Positions 38,228 to 46,994 of a DNA stretch of 64,000 nt are shown in pieces. A program made the position numbers and the translations under genes. Positions within the stretch are counted from its first letter, which is position 1. The number at the start of each line of letters is the position of its first letter. A model generated the notes under the pieces. The model saw nothing but the letters and a program-made list of their open reading frames with translations, ran no database searches and had not been told where the DNA came from. Source of the DNA: Dictyoglomaceae bacterium (GTDB lineage: Bacteria > Dictyoglomota > Dictyoglomia > Dictyoglomales > Dictyoglomaceae); contig DAOSUP010000009.1 in the NCBI GenBank assembly GCA_035378845.1, positions 546-64,545 of the forward strand, given 5' to 3'.

Positions 38228-39343
38228 ATGAAAATAGCATTTTTATCAAGTCCCATAGCCTATAATATTAATGAAAAGATAGAAGAAGCTAAAAACTTCT
38301 TAAGGAGATATTTAAACTTAGAAGAGAGCGAAGATCCTGATGCTATAGTCCTTCTCACAGGAGGAACAGAAGCATCATCTTTAAAATATTTAAAAGATGG
38401 ACTCTATATCATTCCCTTTGGAAAAGCCAATGGACTTGCAGCAAGCCTTGAGATACAAGGTTATGCAAGAGAAAAAGGAATAAAAACCATCTTAATTCCA
38501 AATATTACTGAAGATATAATCAAAACATTAAAGGTTATTGATGAATTGAAAAACCAAAAGATAGGGATTATTGGAAAGCCCAGTGATTGGCTCATAAAAA
38601 GCGGAAGCTATGATATCTTGAAAGAACTTCATTTAATCCCTATAGAAATACCTCTTTCTGAAGTAGAAAAATATTTAGAGGAAGATAATTCACTTACAGA
38701 AAAAATATGGGGACTTGCAAAAGAGAAAAAGACATCAAAAGAAGAGCTCCTTAATGCTACAAAAATCTACACCTCTTTAAAAAGAATTATAGAAAAATAT
38801 AATATTTCAGCTCTTACCATACGATGCTTTGATCTTGCAATAAACTTAAAAATTACTGGATGCCTTGCCTTATCCCTTTTAAATTCCGAAGGAATTATAT
38901 CCTCTTGTGAAGGAGATATAGAAGCTCTTGCTACCATGCTTTTAGAGAAAAAACTTACAGGGAAAACGCCTTTTATGGCAAATTTAGCAAAAATTGAGGA
39001 GGATAGATATACCTTTGCCCATTGTACCATGGCTATAGATATGCCAGAATATTTTAATCTTAATAGCCATTTTGAGACCTTAAGCAGTGTGGGGATTGAA
39101 GGATATATAAAGACTGATAAGATAACATTATGTAGATTAGGAAAGGGAAAGAAAATTATGGTAAGATCTGGGGAATTTATAGAGAAACCATTTGAAGATC
39201 ATATGTGTAGAACCCAAATTGCAGCCAGGATAAAAGATTCTTCATTTCTTAAAAATCCCATAGGAAACCATTTCATACTATTTTTAGGGGATGAGGAGGA
39301 TTCCATTAAAAACTTAACAAAAGTAGGGTGGGAGATTGTTTAA
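38228..39343 (+). CDS. sugar-isomerase-like protein (L-fucose/L-arabinose isomerase superfamily); function tentative
   Basis: 371-aa soluble protein. Its overall pattern (LTGGTE...IIGKPSDWLI...RCFDL...GC.ALS.LN..GI..SCEGD...FMAN...AHC) resembles FucI-like proteins from memory only. Confidence 0.4.
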   Translation: MKIAFLSSPIAYNINEKIEEAKNFLRRYLNLEESEDPDAIVLLTGGTEASSLKYLKDGLYIIPFGKANGLAASLEIQGYAREKGIKTILIPNITEDIIKTLKVIDELKNQKIGIIGKPSDWLIKSGSYDILKELHLIPIEIPLSEVEKYLEEDNSLTEKIWGLAKEKKTSKEELLNATKIYTSLKRIIEKYNISALTIRCFDLAINLKITGCLALSLLNSEGIISSCEGDIEALATMLLEKKLTGKTPFMANLAKIEEDRYTFAHCTMAIDMPEYFNLNSHFETLSSVGIEGYIKTDKITLCRLGKGKKIMVRSGEFIEKPFEDHMCRTQIAARIKDSSFLKNPIGNHFILFLGDEEDSIKNLTKVGWEIV

Positions 39344-39990
39344 CTTTCCACCACCTCTATATTTTTCACATTTTCCAGTTCCGAAAGTTTTGTGATGAGT
39401 TCTCTTTCTTTTAACTTAGCAGGAAGTCTTAAAACTATTCTAAGGGTTGCATCATCTTCATCAAGAGGAGAGACACCTATCTCTTTTATATCCACATCCA
39501 ATTCACCTAAAAGAGTACCTAATTTTCCAATAGATCCTGGTCTATCTTCTATAATACATTTAAGAACAACAAATTTATGCGTTTGTATAATTGCTACTTC
39601 AAACTTTGCAACAAAAAATAATATTAAAAAAATTAGAAAAGCAGTAAATGTTGCAGGAATATAAAGACCTGCTCCCACTGCAAGCCCTACCCCTGCCATA
39701 GTCCATATACTTGCTGCTGTGGTAAGCCCTTTGACTCCTACTCCCGTTCTTAAAATTGTCCCAGCACCTATAAAACCTATACCTGTGACAACCTGAGCAG
39801 CTATTCTTGTAGGATCCGCATTGGGAAAAGTATAAGCAGATACAATCATAAGAAGTGTAGAGCCAAGACATACAATTATATGAGTACGAAGACCAGCAGG
39901 TTTTTCTTCTTTTTCTCTCTCCCAGCCTACAATTCCCCCCAGTATAACAGAAAGAATAAGTCTGTAAAAAATTTCCGTATTGCTTATCAT
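39340..39990 (-). CDS. MgtC/SapB-family membrane protein with a C-terminal ACT-like domain
   Basis: N-terminal MgtC membrane domain (GGIVGWEREKEEKPAGLRTH...) plus a soluble C-terminal regulatory-type domain. Confidence 0.8.
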   Translation of the reverse strand: MISNTEIFYRLILSVILGGIVGWEREKEEKPAGLRTHIIVCLGSTLLMIVSAYTFPNADPTRIAAQVVTGIGFIGAGTILRTGVGVKGLTTAASIWTMAGVGLAVGAGLYIPATFTAFLIFLILFFVAKFEVAIIQTHKFVVLKCIIEDRPGSIGKLGTLLGELDVDIKEIGVSPLDEDDATLRIVLRLPAKLKERELITKLSELENVKNIEVVES

Positions 39991-40112
39991 AGTATGATAT
40001 TATACCATCAAAATCTTTATAAAAACGCTTTCCTGGTAAAACCTTTCTTTATTAGAAATAAAATTCTAAATATCAATAAAACTCTTAGCTAATACGTGTT
40101 ATATATAGACAC

Positions 40113-40141
40113 TTGATAAAATTAATATACTATTGTATACT
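40113..40141 (+). promoter_or_regulatory. candidate promoter of a short non-coding transcript next to the DnaA-box array
   Basis: TTGATA (40113-40118), 17-nt spacer, TATACT (40136-40141). Confidence 0.35.
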
Positions 40142-40210
40142 CAAAAAAATTTAAAAGATTTTTTAGTGTAGAGAAAAAAATCCATCCCAGTCAGAATTTC
40201 TTTTCTCAAA

Positions 40211-40240
40211 AGATGCCCCTTTAAGGGGCATCTTTTTTTA
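40211..40240 (+). terminator. intrinsic terminator (10-bp stem, T7 tail)
   Basis: agatgcccct-tta-aggggcatct followed by TTTTTTT. No plus-strand CDS lies upstream; the mgtC-like gene is on the other strand. Confidence 0.6.
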
Positions 40241-40260
40241 ATAGGAAAGCTTTTTTTAAA

Positions 40261-40507
40261 TTATCCACATTTTACTATTAATACTACAAAAGAGAATAAT
40301 AAGAATAAAATACTAGTAGTAGTAGTAAGTGTTGTGGATACTGTGGATAATCTTCCGAAAGATAGCAAATAGAAGTGATTTAATTGTGGATAAGTTTTCC
40401 TAACTTATTCACAATATCCACAATTTATAGCTTAAGGACAAAGTTATCCACAATTTATTAAAGTTATCCACAGACTTATCCACAAGCTATCCACATTTTT
40501 ATCCACA
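40261..40507. other. DnaA-box cluster: candidate chromosomal replication origin (oriC) or another high-density DnaA-binding locus
   Basis: Perfect TTATCCACA at 40261, 40444, 40464, 40476 and 40499. Perfect TGTGGATAA (reverse orientation) at 40342 and 40385. One-mismatch boxes at 40333 (TGTGGATAC), 40405 (TTATTCACA), 40414 (ATATCCACA) and 40487 (CTATCCACA). Confidence 0.8.
40314..40328. repeat. DnaA-trio-like trinucleotide run (TAG x4, TAA x1)
   Basis: tagtagtagtagtaa, separated by gtgt from two abutting DnaA boxes (40333-40350). A 44-bp tract (40270-40313) with about 84% A+T by my count lies on the other side. Confidence 0.6.
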
Positions 40508-40685
40508 ACTTAGGATATAGCTAAATAGAGGAAAGGTTAAAAATGATAGTAAAATATTAGGTTTTGAGAGGTTTTTTTAAGATGATACTACTCTATCATT
40601 GGAGAATAGGGTTTTTCCTATAATAGAATATATTTTTCATGGTCTCAATAATAGTTATATATATTAACAAAAAGCTTAATTTTTA

Positions 40686-41702
40686 TTATAGAAATTCCCT
40701 TATCCTATTTAAGAGATCCTTCATGGGATAGGTATCAAACCACTCTTTTCCTGTGAGTTCATTGGCATAAGCTTTGTAGATCATAGATACAAGATCCTTT
40801 AATTCCCTGGGAAGTTTTGGGGGATTTCCTACATAATCTTTCCAATGAAATCTATCTTTCTTTTTTGCTTCCTCAATCTCTTTATACCATTCGGTCTTTC
40901 TGTAAAATATTCGGGCAATCTCTTTACTTATAGGAATAGAGTTATACGTAAATCTACATTCATCAAGAGTACCTACAGCATCCACAAGAATGAAATTTCT
41001 TTCTAAGTCAAAGGCAAATTCTACCTTTCCATCTTCATTTATAAGTTCAATTTTTTCTCCTTCTTTTGTAATCATATCATCAATAAATAAAGTGCTATCT
41101 ATAAGATTACGAAACTCTTCCTCTGAAAGTCCACTGATCTCTCTTGCCTCATCTTTTGATAGATATCTATCATTGATCTCTAATTTTGTAGAGAAATCAA
41201 CTATAGGCTTTTCTAATTTCTCTCCAGGAGATGGAATCTTGGAAAGTCCAAGATTTTCTATCTTTAAGTTTCCCTCTTTTAATCTTCTAAACACAGAAGA
41301 CCCTTCAGGTAGAGAGTTTCTATAGATCACCTCTAAGGGTATTAAAAAGTTTAACTTCTCTTTTTTAAATATGGAATAATCATATACTCCATTACTTAGA
41401 TCAGGTTTTAGGACTCTTACCATTTTAAATTCCATGATATTTGATGGAGATTTCAATTCCGATAGACTTTTTACCTTATCATCTTCTACAATTCCTATAT
41501 AATGGGTTTTTATACCCATATTCTCCAATCTTTCAAAGAAATAAGAGGTAGCAATACATATAGCCTTTCCTTTATCCTCTATATGGTCTGGCATCTCTCC
41601 AAAGTCAAAGACTGAGTATCGGTCTGAGAATACAAATCTACCTCTTCCGAGAGAATGTTCTTTTGGATTTTCCAGTATGATAAGATCCTTTACGCTACCC
41701 AT
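40686..41702 (-). CDS. purC: phosphoribosylaminoimidazole-succinocarboxamide (SAICAR) synthase
   Basis: MGSVKDLI...GRGRFVFSDRYSVFDFG N-terminus typical of the long-form PurC. It overlaps purE by 8 nt. Confidence 0.85.
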   Translation of the reverse strand: MGSVKDLIILENPKEHSLGRGRFVFSDRYSVFDFGEMPDHIEDKGKAICIATSYFFERLENMGIKTHYIGIVEDDKVKSLSELKSPSNIMEFKMVRVLKPDLSNGVYDYSIFKKEKLNFLIPLEVIYRNSLPEGSSVFRRLKEGNLKIENLGLSKIPSPGEKLEKPIVDFSTKLEINDRYLSKDEAREISGLSEEEFRNLIDSTLFIDDMITKEGEKIELINEDGKVEFAFDLERNFILVDAVGTLDECRFTYNSIPISKEIARIFYRKTEWYKEIEEAKKKDRFHWKDYVGNPPKLPRELKDLVSMIYKAYANELTGKEWFDTYPMKDLLNRIREFL

Positions 41703-42168
41703 GAGACCTCACTTCTTCATCAGCTTTTTCTATCTCGGCTCTTTTCTCCTCTTGATACCTTTTTATTTTTTCACTGAGCTCTGGATATTTGAGAGATAAT
41801 ATCTTTATCGCAGAAAGTGCTGCCTCTTCAGGCTCTAATACCGTTAGAGGTGCAACACCTGAGGGCATTCTCAATGTGGAGAATACATCTACTCCTGAAA
41901 ACTTATCACTATATGGTGGGCATGCAATTACAGGTTTTGTGGTGTTTGCATCTGTAAATCCTGAAAGGGCATTGCTTCTTCCTGCAACTGTGATGAATAC
42001 TACATCTTCCTTTTCATAGTCTTTTATAATATCAAGCACTTTTAAAGGTACTTTGTGGGCTGATGCAACTCTCATTGTGTATGGCACTTCAAAAAATTCC
42101 AGAGTATTTGCAATTCTTTTACACCACTCCAGATCTCCCTTTGAACCCATGATAATTACTACTTTCAT
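41695..42168 (-). CDS. purE: PurE (N5-CAIR mutase / AIR carboxylase)
   Basis: MKVVIIMGSKGD...ASAHK...AGRSNALSG motifs. ATG 42168 follows GGAGGA; the track start at 42192 is probably too long. Confidence 0.85.
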   Translation of the reverse strand: MKVVIIMGSKGDLEWCKRIANTLEFFEVPYTMRVASAHKVPLKVLDIIKDYEKEDVVFITVAGRSNALSGFTDANTTKPVIACPPYSDKFSGVDVFSTLRMPSGVAPLTVLEPEEAALSAIKILSLKYPELSEKIKRYQEEKRAEIEKADEEVRSHG

Positions 42169-42241
42169 ATGAGATCCTCCTTGTAGGAGCATTTTGAGTT
42201 TTTAAAATTATACTTGAAAAACCTTATTAAGAAAAGATTTT

Positions 42242-43315
42242 TTAGGAGTATGCTACAAAATAGATAGTATTGAAAAGTAAGCGATGAATATATTTATTAG
42301 GAAGTTTTAAATTAGTGCCTGGGATCTGGGAAAGTTCTGGATGAAAAGAAAAAAGTACCACATTACCATCTCCAAGTTTTGAGTGTGTGAGGGCTCCACC
42401 ATCTTTTATTACCGAGTTTACAAAATCTTCTTTGAAGTTTCCTCCAAATATAAATGCTTCTTTATCTATATGGGAATATACCGCAATTTTTTTAAAGGGA
42501 GGATTTACTTTATCCTCTTTGTTTTCTTCTATGATAGGTCCATTCCAATATAAAACAGATATCTCTTCTTCAAATCCAAAGGTTATAGGATTTTTCTCTT
42601 TTATCTTAATGTTTGCAACCCCCATTCCTAAATGCCATGGATTCTGATTTTTAGCTATTCCTTTTACAAAGGAGATCTGTGAGGTGATAGAATTTGTCCC
42701 TTTTAATGGAACATAGGCACCTGCACAGATTCCAATATATCCTCCACCATCTTTTATAAATGAGACTAACTTATCTCCGCCACTTTTTCCAAGAGATTTT
42801 TCAATATTATAGGCAACTCCAGGAGGGAAAATGATAAGATCATACTTTTCATTCTTTAAAGCTCCTTTTTTTAACGATTCTGGAGAGATTTTTGTAAAGC
42901 TAAATCCCAGTTCCTTTAAAGTGCTATGGAGAGGAAGGTTTTCACCTGTATCAAGGACTGCAATATGTGGTGGAGATGGTATATATGTTTTTATAGCTGT
43001 AATCTCTTTATAGGGGAATTTTCTTTTGGAAAGCTCATTTTTAATAGCAGTTAGCTCTTCCTTAGGGCCTGAGATCTTTAGAGAGCCTGGAGGGATACCT
43101 TTTATATCATCATATATGATTTGTAGTTTCATTTTTCCCGAATAATATCTTTTATTTAAGAAGGATAAGATTTCAACTGTCTCGTTCTCTCTGCCCTTAG
43201 GTGTTTTTAGAGGAAGAGGCACAATCAAATATGTGTCCTTACTCTGAGAAGGAGTACTATATGCAAAAAGGGCTATAGATATTAAAATTAAAAAAAGACT
43301 TAGAAATACTTTCAT
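42242..43315 (-). CDS. secreted protein with a class-I glutamine-amidotransferase-like (DJ-1/BPL_N-type) domain, function unknown
   Basis: Signal peptide; the central DLIIFPPG...GGGYIGICAGAY motif resembles the GATase1-like fold. Confidence 0.45.
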   Translation of the reverse strand: MKVFLSLFLILISIALFAYSTPSQSKDTYLIVPLPLKTPKGRENETVEILSFLNKRYYSGKMKLQIIYDDIKGIPPGSLKISGPKEELTAIKNELSKRKFPYKEITAIKTYIPSPPHIAVLDTGENLPLHSTLKELGFSFTKISPESLKKGALKNEKYDLIIFPPGVAYNIEKSLGKSGGDKLVSFIKDGGGYIGICAGAYVPLKGTNSITSQISFVKGIAKNQNPWHLGMGVANIKIKEKNPITFGFEEEISVLYWNGPIIEENKEDKVNPPFKKIAVYSHIDKEAFIFGGNFKEDFVNSVIKDGGALTHSKLGDGNVVLFSFHPELSQIPGTNLKLPNKYIHRLLFNTIYFVAYS

Positions 43316-43345
43316 TTTTCTCTTATAAAAGTATATAATAAAATC

Positions 43346-44191
43346 ATGAGGATTTTAATTACAGGTGCAAAAGGATTTATAGGTCAGTATTTTTTGAAGG
43401 AGCTTGAGAATTTTGATACCATCAAACTTTCTCATAGCGATTTAAATTTAGAGGATAAAACTACTATTGAAAGGATCCTATCTTTAAAACCTGATATGGT
43501 AATTCATCCTGCTGCTATTCGCTCCCCAGATGTTTGTGAGGAGAATCCTCATAAAGCTTTTCAGGTTAATGCTCTTGGGGCAAAGCATATAGCAATTGCC
43601 TGTGCTATTCTTGATATACCTATGGTTTATATAAGTACTGATTATGTCTTCTCAGGTGAGAAAAATGATCCTTATACAGAATTTGATACTCCTAAGCCTT
43701 TAAATGTATATGGAAGGACAAAACTTTGGGGAGAGATTTTTACTAAGGAATTTTGTAAAAGACATTTTATCATTCGCACCTCCTATGTTTTTGGGGAGTA
43801 TGGAGATAATACCTTGAATCAAATATATGGTGCATTGAAAGAAGGTAAAGAATTAAGATTAAGCAATTTCCATTTTGCATCGGCAACCTATGCAGGAGAC
43901 TTAGCAAGAAAGGTAAGGGAGCTTATAGGGACAAAACTTTATGGGGTTTATCATGTGGTAAATAAAGGGATTGTTACTCGTTATGATTTTGCCTGCAAGG
44001 TAGCAGAGACATCTGGTTTTTCTAAGGATAAAATTATACCCTTAACTCCTGAAAATTTTAATAATCCTGCTCCAAGACCTCTTTACTCAGTATTAGAGAA
44101 TTATGTGCTTAAACTTTATGGGATGGATGATCTCTCTTCTTATGAAGAGCGTCTTAAAAAATGCACTGAACTCTTAAAATCTCATATATAA
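43346..44191 (+). CDS. rfbD: dTDP-4-dehydrorhamnose reductase
   Basis: MRILITGAKGFIG Rossmann N-terminus and STDYVF, YGRTK motifs typical of RmlD. Confidence 0.85.
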   Translation: MRILITGAKGFIGQYFLKELENFDTIKLSHSDLNLEDKTTIERILSLKPDMVIHPAAIRSPDVCEENPHKAFQVNALGAKHIAIACAILDIPMVYISTDYVFSGEKNDPYTEFDTPKPLNVYGRTKLWGEIFTKEFCKRHFIIRTSYVFGEYGDNTLNQIYGALKEGKELRLSNFHFASATYAGDLARKVRELIGTKLYGVYHVVNKGIVTRYDFACKVAETSGFSKDKIIPLTPENFNNPAPRPLYSVLENYVLKLYGMDDLSSYEERLKKCTELLKSHI

Positions 44192-44224
44192 TAAATGAGA
44201 AACTTATTTATAGGAGGTATGTAA

Positions 44225-45202
44225 ATGTTTTTTGATCTTCCTCTCTCAGAACTTTATAAATATCTTCCTGAAAGGGAGGAGCCTAAGGATTTTGATGAAT
44301 TCTGGGAAAAAACATTAGAGGAGTCATCACAGTATCCTTTGGATCCTGTTTTTGATAAGGTAAAATTTGGACTGGATCTTGTGGAGACTTACGATGTGAC
44401 TTTTTCTGGATATAAAGGGCAGAGGGTTAAAGGTTGGCTTATTGTCCCTAAGGAAAGGAAGGATAAAATTCCAGGTATTGTGGAATATATAGGATATGGT
44501 GGTGGAAGAAGTCTTCCTTATGACTTTCTACTTTGGGCAAATGTGGGTTTTGCTCATCTTGTAATGGATACAAGAGGGCAAGGAAGTTCCTGGAGTCCGG
44601 GAGATACTCCTGATTATGATGATACTCCTTTTGATTCTGAATATCCTGGATTTATGACCAGAGGTATCTTAGCGCCTAAAAAATATTATTATCGTAGAGT
44701 TTTTACTGATGCTGTAAGGGCTGTAGAAACTATTATGGCATTTCCTGATGTGGATAAGAATAAGATAGGAATTACGGGTGGAAGTCAAGGTGGAGGAATT
44801 ACCTTAGCTGTAGCAGGTCTTTCTCCTCATGTAAAACTTGCAATGCCTGATGTACCTTTCCTTTGCCATTATAGGAGAGCTATAGAAATAACTGATGGTT
44901 ATCCATATCAAGAGATTGTGCAATATCTAAAAACTCATAGGGATCATGTAGATAAAGTCTTTAAGACATTATCCTATTTTGATGGAGTAAATTTTGCAGC
45001 ACGTGCTAAGGCTCCTGTTCTTTTTTCGGTGGGACTTATGGATATGATATGTCCTCCTTCTACGGTTTTTGCAGCCTATAACCATTACAAAGGTGGGAAG
45101 GAGATAAAAATATATCCCTTTAATGGTCATGAAGGGGGGGGGACATTTCATACCTTGGAGAAGGTAAAATTTGCAAGTAGGATTTTAAAAGGTTTCTTCT
45201 AA
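44225..45202 (+). CDS. CE7 acetylxylan esterase / cephalosporin-C deacetylase
   Basis: [13 protein letters not shown]...DFDEFW N-terminus, GGSQGG nucleophile motif and RGQG motif typical of CE7. Confidence 0.9.
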   Translation: MFFDLPLSELYKYLPEREEPKDFDEFWEKTLEESSQYPLDPVFDKVKFGLDLVETYDVTFSGYKGQRVKGWLIVPKERKDKIPGIVEYIGYGGGRSLPYDFLLWANVGFAHLVMDTRGQGSSWSPGDTPDYDDTPFDSEYPGFMTRGILAPKKYYYRRVFTDAVRAVETIMAFPDVDKNKIGITGGSQGGGITLAVAGLSPHVKLAMPDVPFLCHYRRAIEITDGYPYQEIVQYLKTHRDHVDKVFKTLSYFDGVNFAARAKAPVLFSVGLMDMICPPSTVFAAYNHYKGGKEIKIYPFNGHEGGGTFHTLEKVKFASRILKGFF

Positions 45203-46000
45203 GAGTTTCTTTATCATATTTATATTATAAAGATCTGCCATAGGAGAATCTTTGGGAGTCTCAAGAATAAGAGGGATTTTATGGAGCTCTTCTATCTTAA
45301 ATAGATTTTGAAATCCTCTTATTCCAATGGCTCCTTTTCCTATATGAGCGTGTTGATCTCTCCTTGATCCTAAAGGAAAATGAGAGTCATTTATATGGAG
45401 AAGAGAAAGCTTCTGTAAAGGTATCTTCTCTAAAAAAGAGTAGAAGAATGCTTTACACTTTCTCTCATTTTTCAGATTATATCCTGCAGCAAAAAGGTGA
45501 CACGTATCAAGGCAGAAATATATATCAGGAAATTCTTTATATACATCATAAAGATTCTCTATGGTAGAGCCCCATCCATCTCCTTCTCCTGCACTATTTT
45601 CCATAATAAGTTTTGTTTTTATTCCATTATTATCAAAGATTTTTTCTAAGGAGTTTAAGAAGTTTTCTTCTGCCACTTCTTTTCCCATTTTTTTGCTACT
45701 TCCAGGATGTATAACTACTCCTTCCCATCCTAAACGTTCTGCAAGCTTTAGCTCTTCTATAACTTTTTTTATGGATAGATTACATATTCTCTCATCAGGA
45801 GATGCAAGATTTACTACGTAAGGTGCATGGATAAAGATAGGAGTAAAAGGGAAAATAGGGAGTTTTTCCGATGAAGGTCTATAACTTCTTGGATTTCCTG
45901 AAAAAAGCTGAGCAGTATTTATACCAAGGAGTCTTATATCTTCAAAAATCTCTCGGGAACCTCTGAAAAGATGTATACCTATCTTATATAGTGTTTTCAT
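45185..46000 (-). CDS. nfo: endonuclease IV (AP endonuclease family 2)
   Basis: [30 protein letters not shown] and HAHIGKG metal-ligand motifs. It overlaps the convergent CE7 gene by 18 nt. Confidence 0.85.
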   Translation of the reverse strand: MKTLYKIGIHLFRGSREIFEDIRLLGINTAQLFSGNPRSYRPSSEKLPIFPFTPIFIHAPYVVNLASPDERICNLSIKKVIEELKLAERLGWEGVVIHPGSSKKMGKEVAEENFLNSLEKIFDNNGIKTKLIMENSAGEGDGWGSTIENLYDVYKEFPDIYFCLDTCHLFAAGYNLKNERKCKAFFYSFLEKIPLQKLSLLHINDSHFPLGSRRDQHAHIGKGAIGIRGFQNLFKIEELHKIPLILETPKDSPMADLYNINMIKKLLEETF

Positions 46001-46045
46001 AAGAGGATGAAGCTCTCCTCCTTTAAAGAAGGAGAGCTTATGCCT

Positions 46046-46981
46046 TTACTTATTTGTCGCTTCCTCCATCCTCATTAATCTATCTAGTTCATCCTGAACA
46101 TCTTTCTTGAATGCTTCTAAAATATTAGCATTCTCAGGTTTGAGAAGATGGGAGAATCTTCCCTGAACTTTGAGGAATTCCTCTACTGGTTTGAAACCTT
46201 TAGCAGGTTTGTAATTTATCTTATATTTTCCATCTTCTACCTCATAAAGAGGCCATACTCCAGTTTCCACAGCAAGTTTTGCTATACTTATGGCAGAGTT
46301 ATCAGGAGTCCTCCATCCTCTTGGGCAAGTGGAATATATATTTAAAAATGCAGGTCCATCGGTAGCTACTGCCTTTTTTACCTTTTCCATAAGGTCTCTC
46401 CAATGGCTTGGAGAAGCCTGAGCCACATATTTTGCTCCATTTGCTACCATCATTTCAGTTAGATTCTTTCTCCTTTGAGGTTTTCCTGGAATCACATCTC
46501 CCACAGGAGAAGTGGTAGTGAATGCTCCTCTTGGTGTTGCTCCAGACCTTTGAATTCCTGTATTCATATATGCTTCATTATTATAGCAGATATATACTGC
46601 TCTATGACCTCTTTCAATAGCTCCAGAAAGAGATTGGATTCCTATGTCATAGGTGCCGCCATCTCCAGAAAAGCTTACAAATCTTATATCTCTATCAACC
46701 TCTCCTTTTCTCTTTAGAGCTCTGTAAGCTGCTTCTACACCTGATATAGTTGCTGCAGCATTTTCAAAGGCACTATGGATCCATGGTACATTCCATGCTG
46801 TAAATGGAAAAATTGTAGTTGCTACTTCAAGACATCCTGTAGCATTAGCTACCACAACAGGTTCATCTATGGCATTAAGCACCATTCTTACAATTATACT
46901 GGCACCACAGCCAGCACATAATCTATGTCCACTTACTAATCGCTCCTCTTTTAATGCGATTTCTTTTAAGTTTATTGGCAT
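46046..46981 (-). CDS. porB: pyruvate:ferredoxin oxidoreductase beta subunit (TPP-binding)
   Basis: GCGA Cys motif and GDGGTYDIG TPP motif. It is the last gene in the gamma-delta-alpha-beta order. Confidence 0.9.
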   Translation of the reverse strand: MPINLKEIALKEERLVSGHRLCAGCGASIIVRMVLNAIDEPVVVANATGCLEVATTIFPFTAWNVPWIHSAFENAAATISGVEAAYRALKRKGEVDRDIRFVSFSGDGGTYDIGIQSLSGAIERGHRAVYICYNNEAYMNTGIQRSGATPRGAFTTTSPVGDVIPGKPQRRKNLTEMMVANGAKYVAQASPSHWRDLMEKVKKAVATDGPAFLNIYSTCPRGWRTPDNSAISIAKLAVETGVWPLYEVEDGKYKINYKPAKGFKPVEEFLKVQGRFSHLLKPENANILEAFKKDVQDELDRLMRMEEATNK

Positions 46982-46994
46982 TATCGTCCACCTC

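Noticed and set aside
39880-40092. A 70-aa plus-strand ORF spanning the mgtC-like start region and the following gap. ORFs at 35814-36053, 11537-11740, 55986-56189, 62037-62324 and 62108-62296 are similar.
   Set aside because: They overlap promoter or start regions, or are antisense to better-supported genes (for example, the last two are antisense to the rubredoxin gene). They have no RBS and low-complexity translations.
40314-40328. The (TAG)n run as a simple trinucleotide microsatellite.
   Set aside because: This is not fully excluded. However, its position 4 nt from two abutting DnaA boxes and next to an AT-rich tract fits the DnaA-trio architecture too well to dismiss. It is reported as a finding with that caveat.
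42169-42241. Possible purine riboswitch upstream of purE, T-box upstream of metG (53429-53507), or Pho-box repeats upstream of pstS/phoU.
   Set aside because: The leaders are only 50-80 nt, too short for these elements. I could not see the conserved cores (purine-riboswitch junction, T-box AGGGUGGNACC-type sequence) or convincing direct repeats.
46010-46039. A hairpin (aagctctcc...ggagagctt) between the porB stop and the nfo start, as a possible terminator of the por operon.
   Set aside because: The stem is real, but there is no U-tract on the minus-strand reading and only 45 bp separate the genes. nfo may simply be co-transcribed. The case is too weak to list as a feature.
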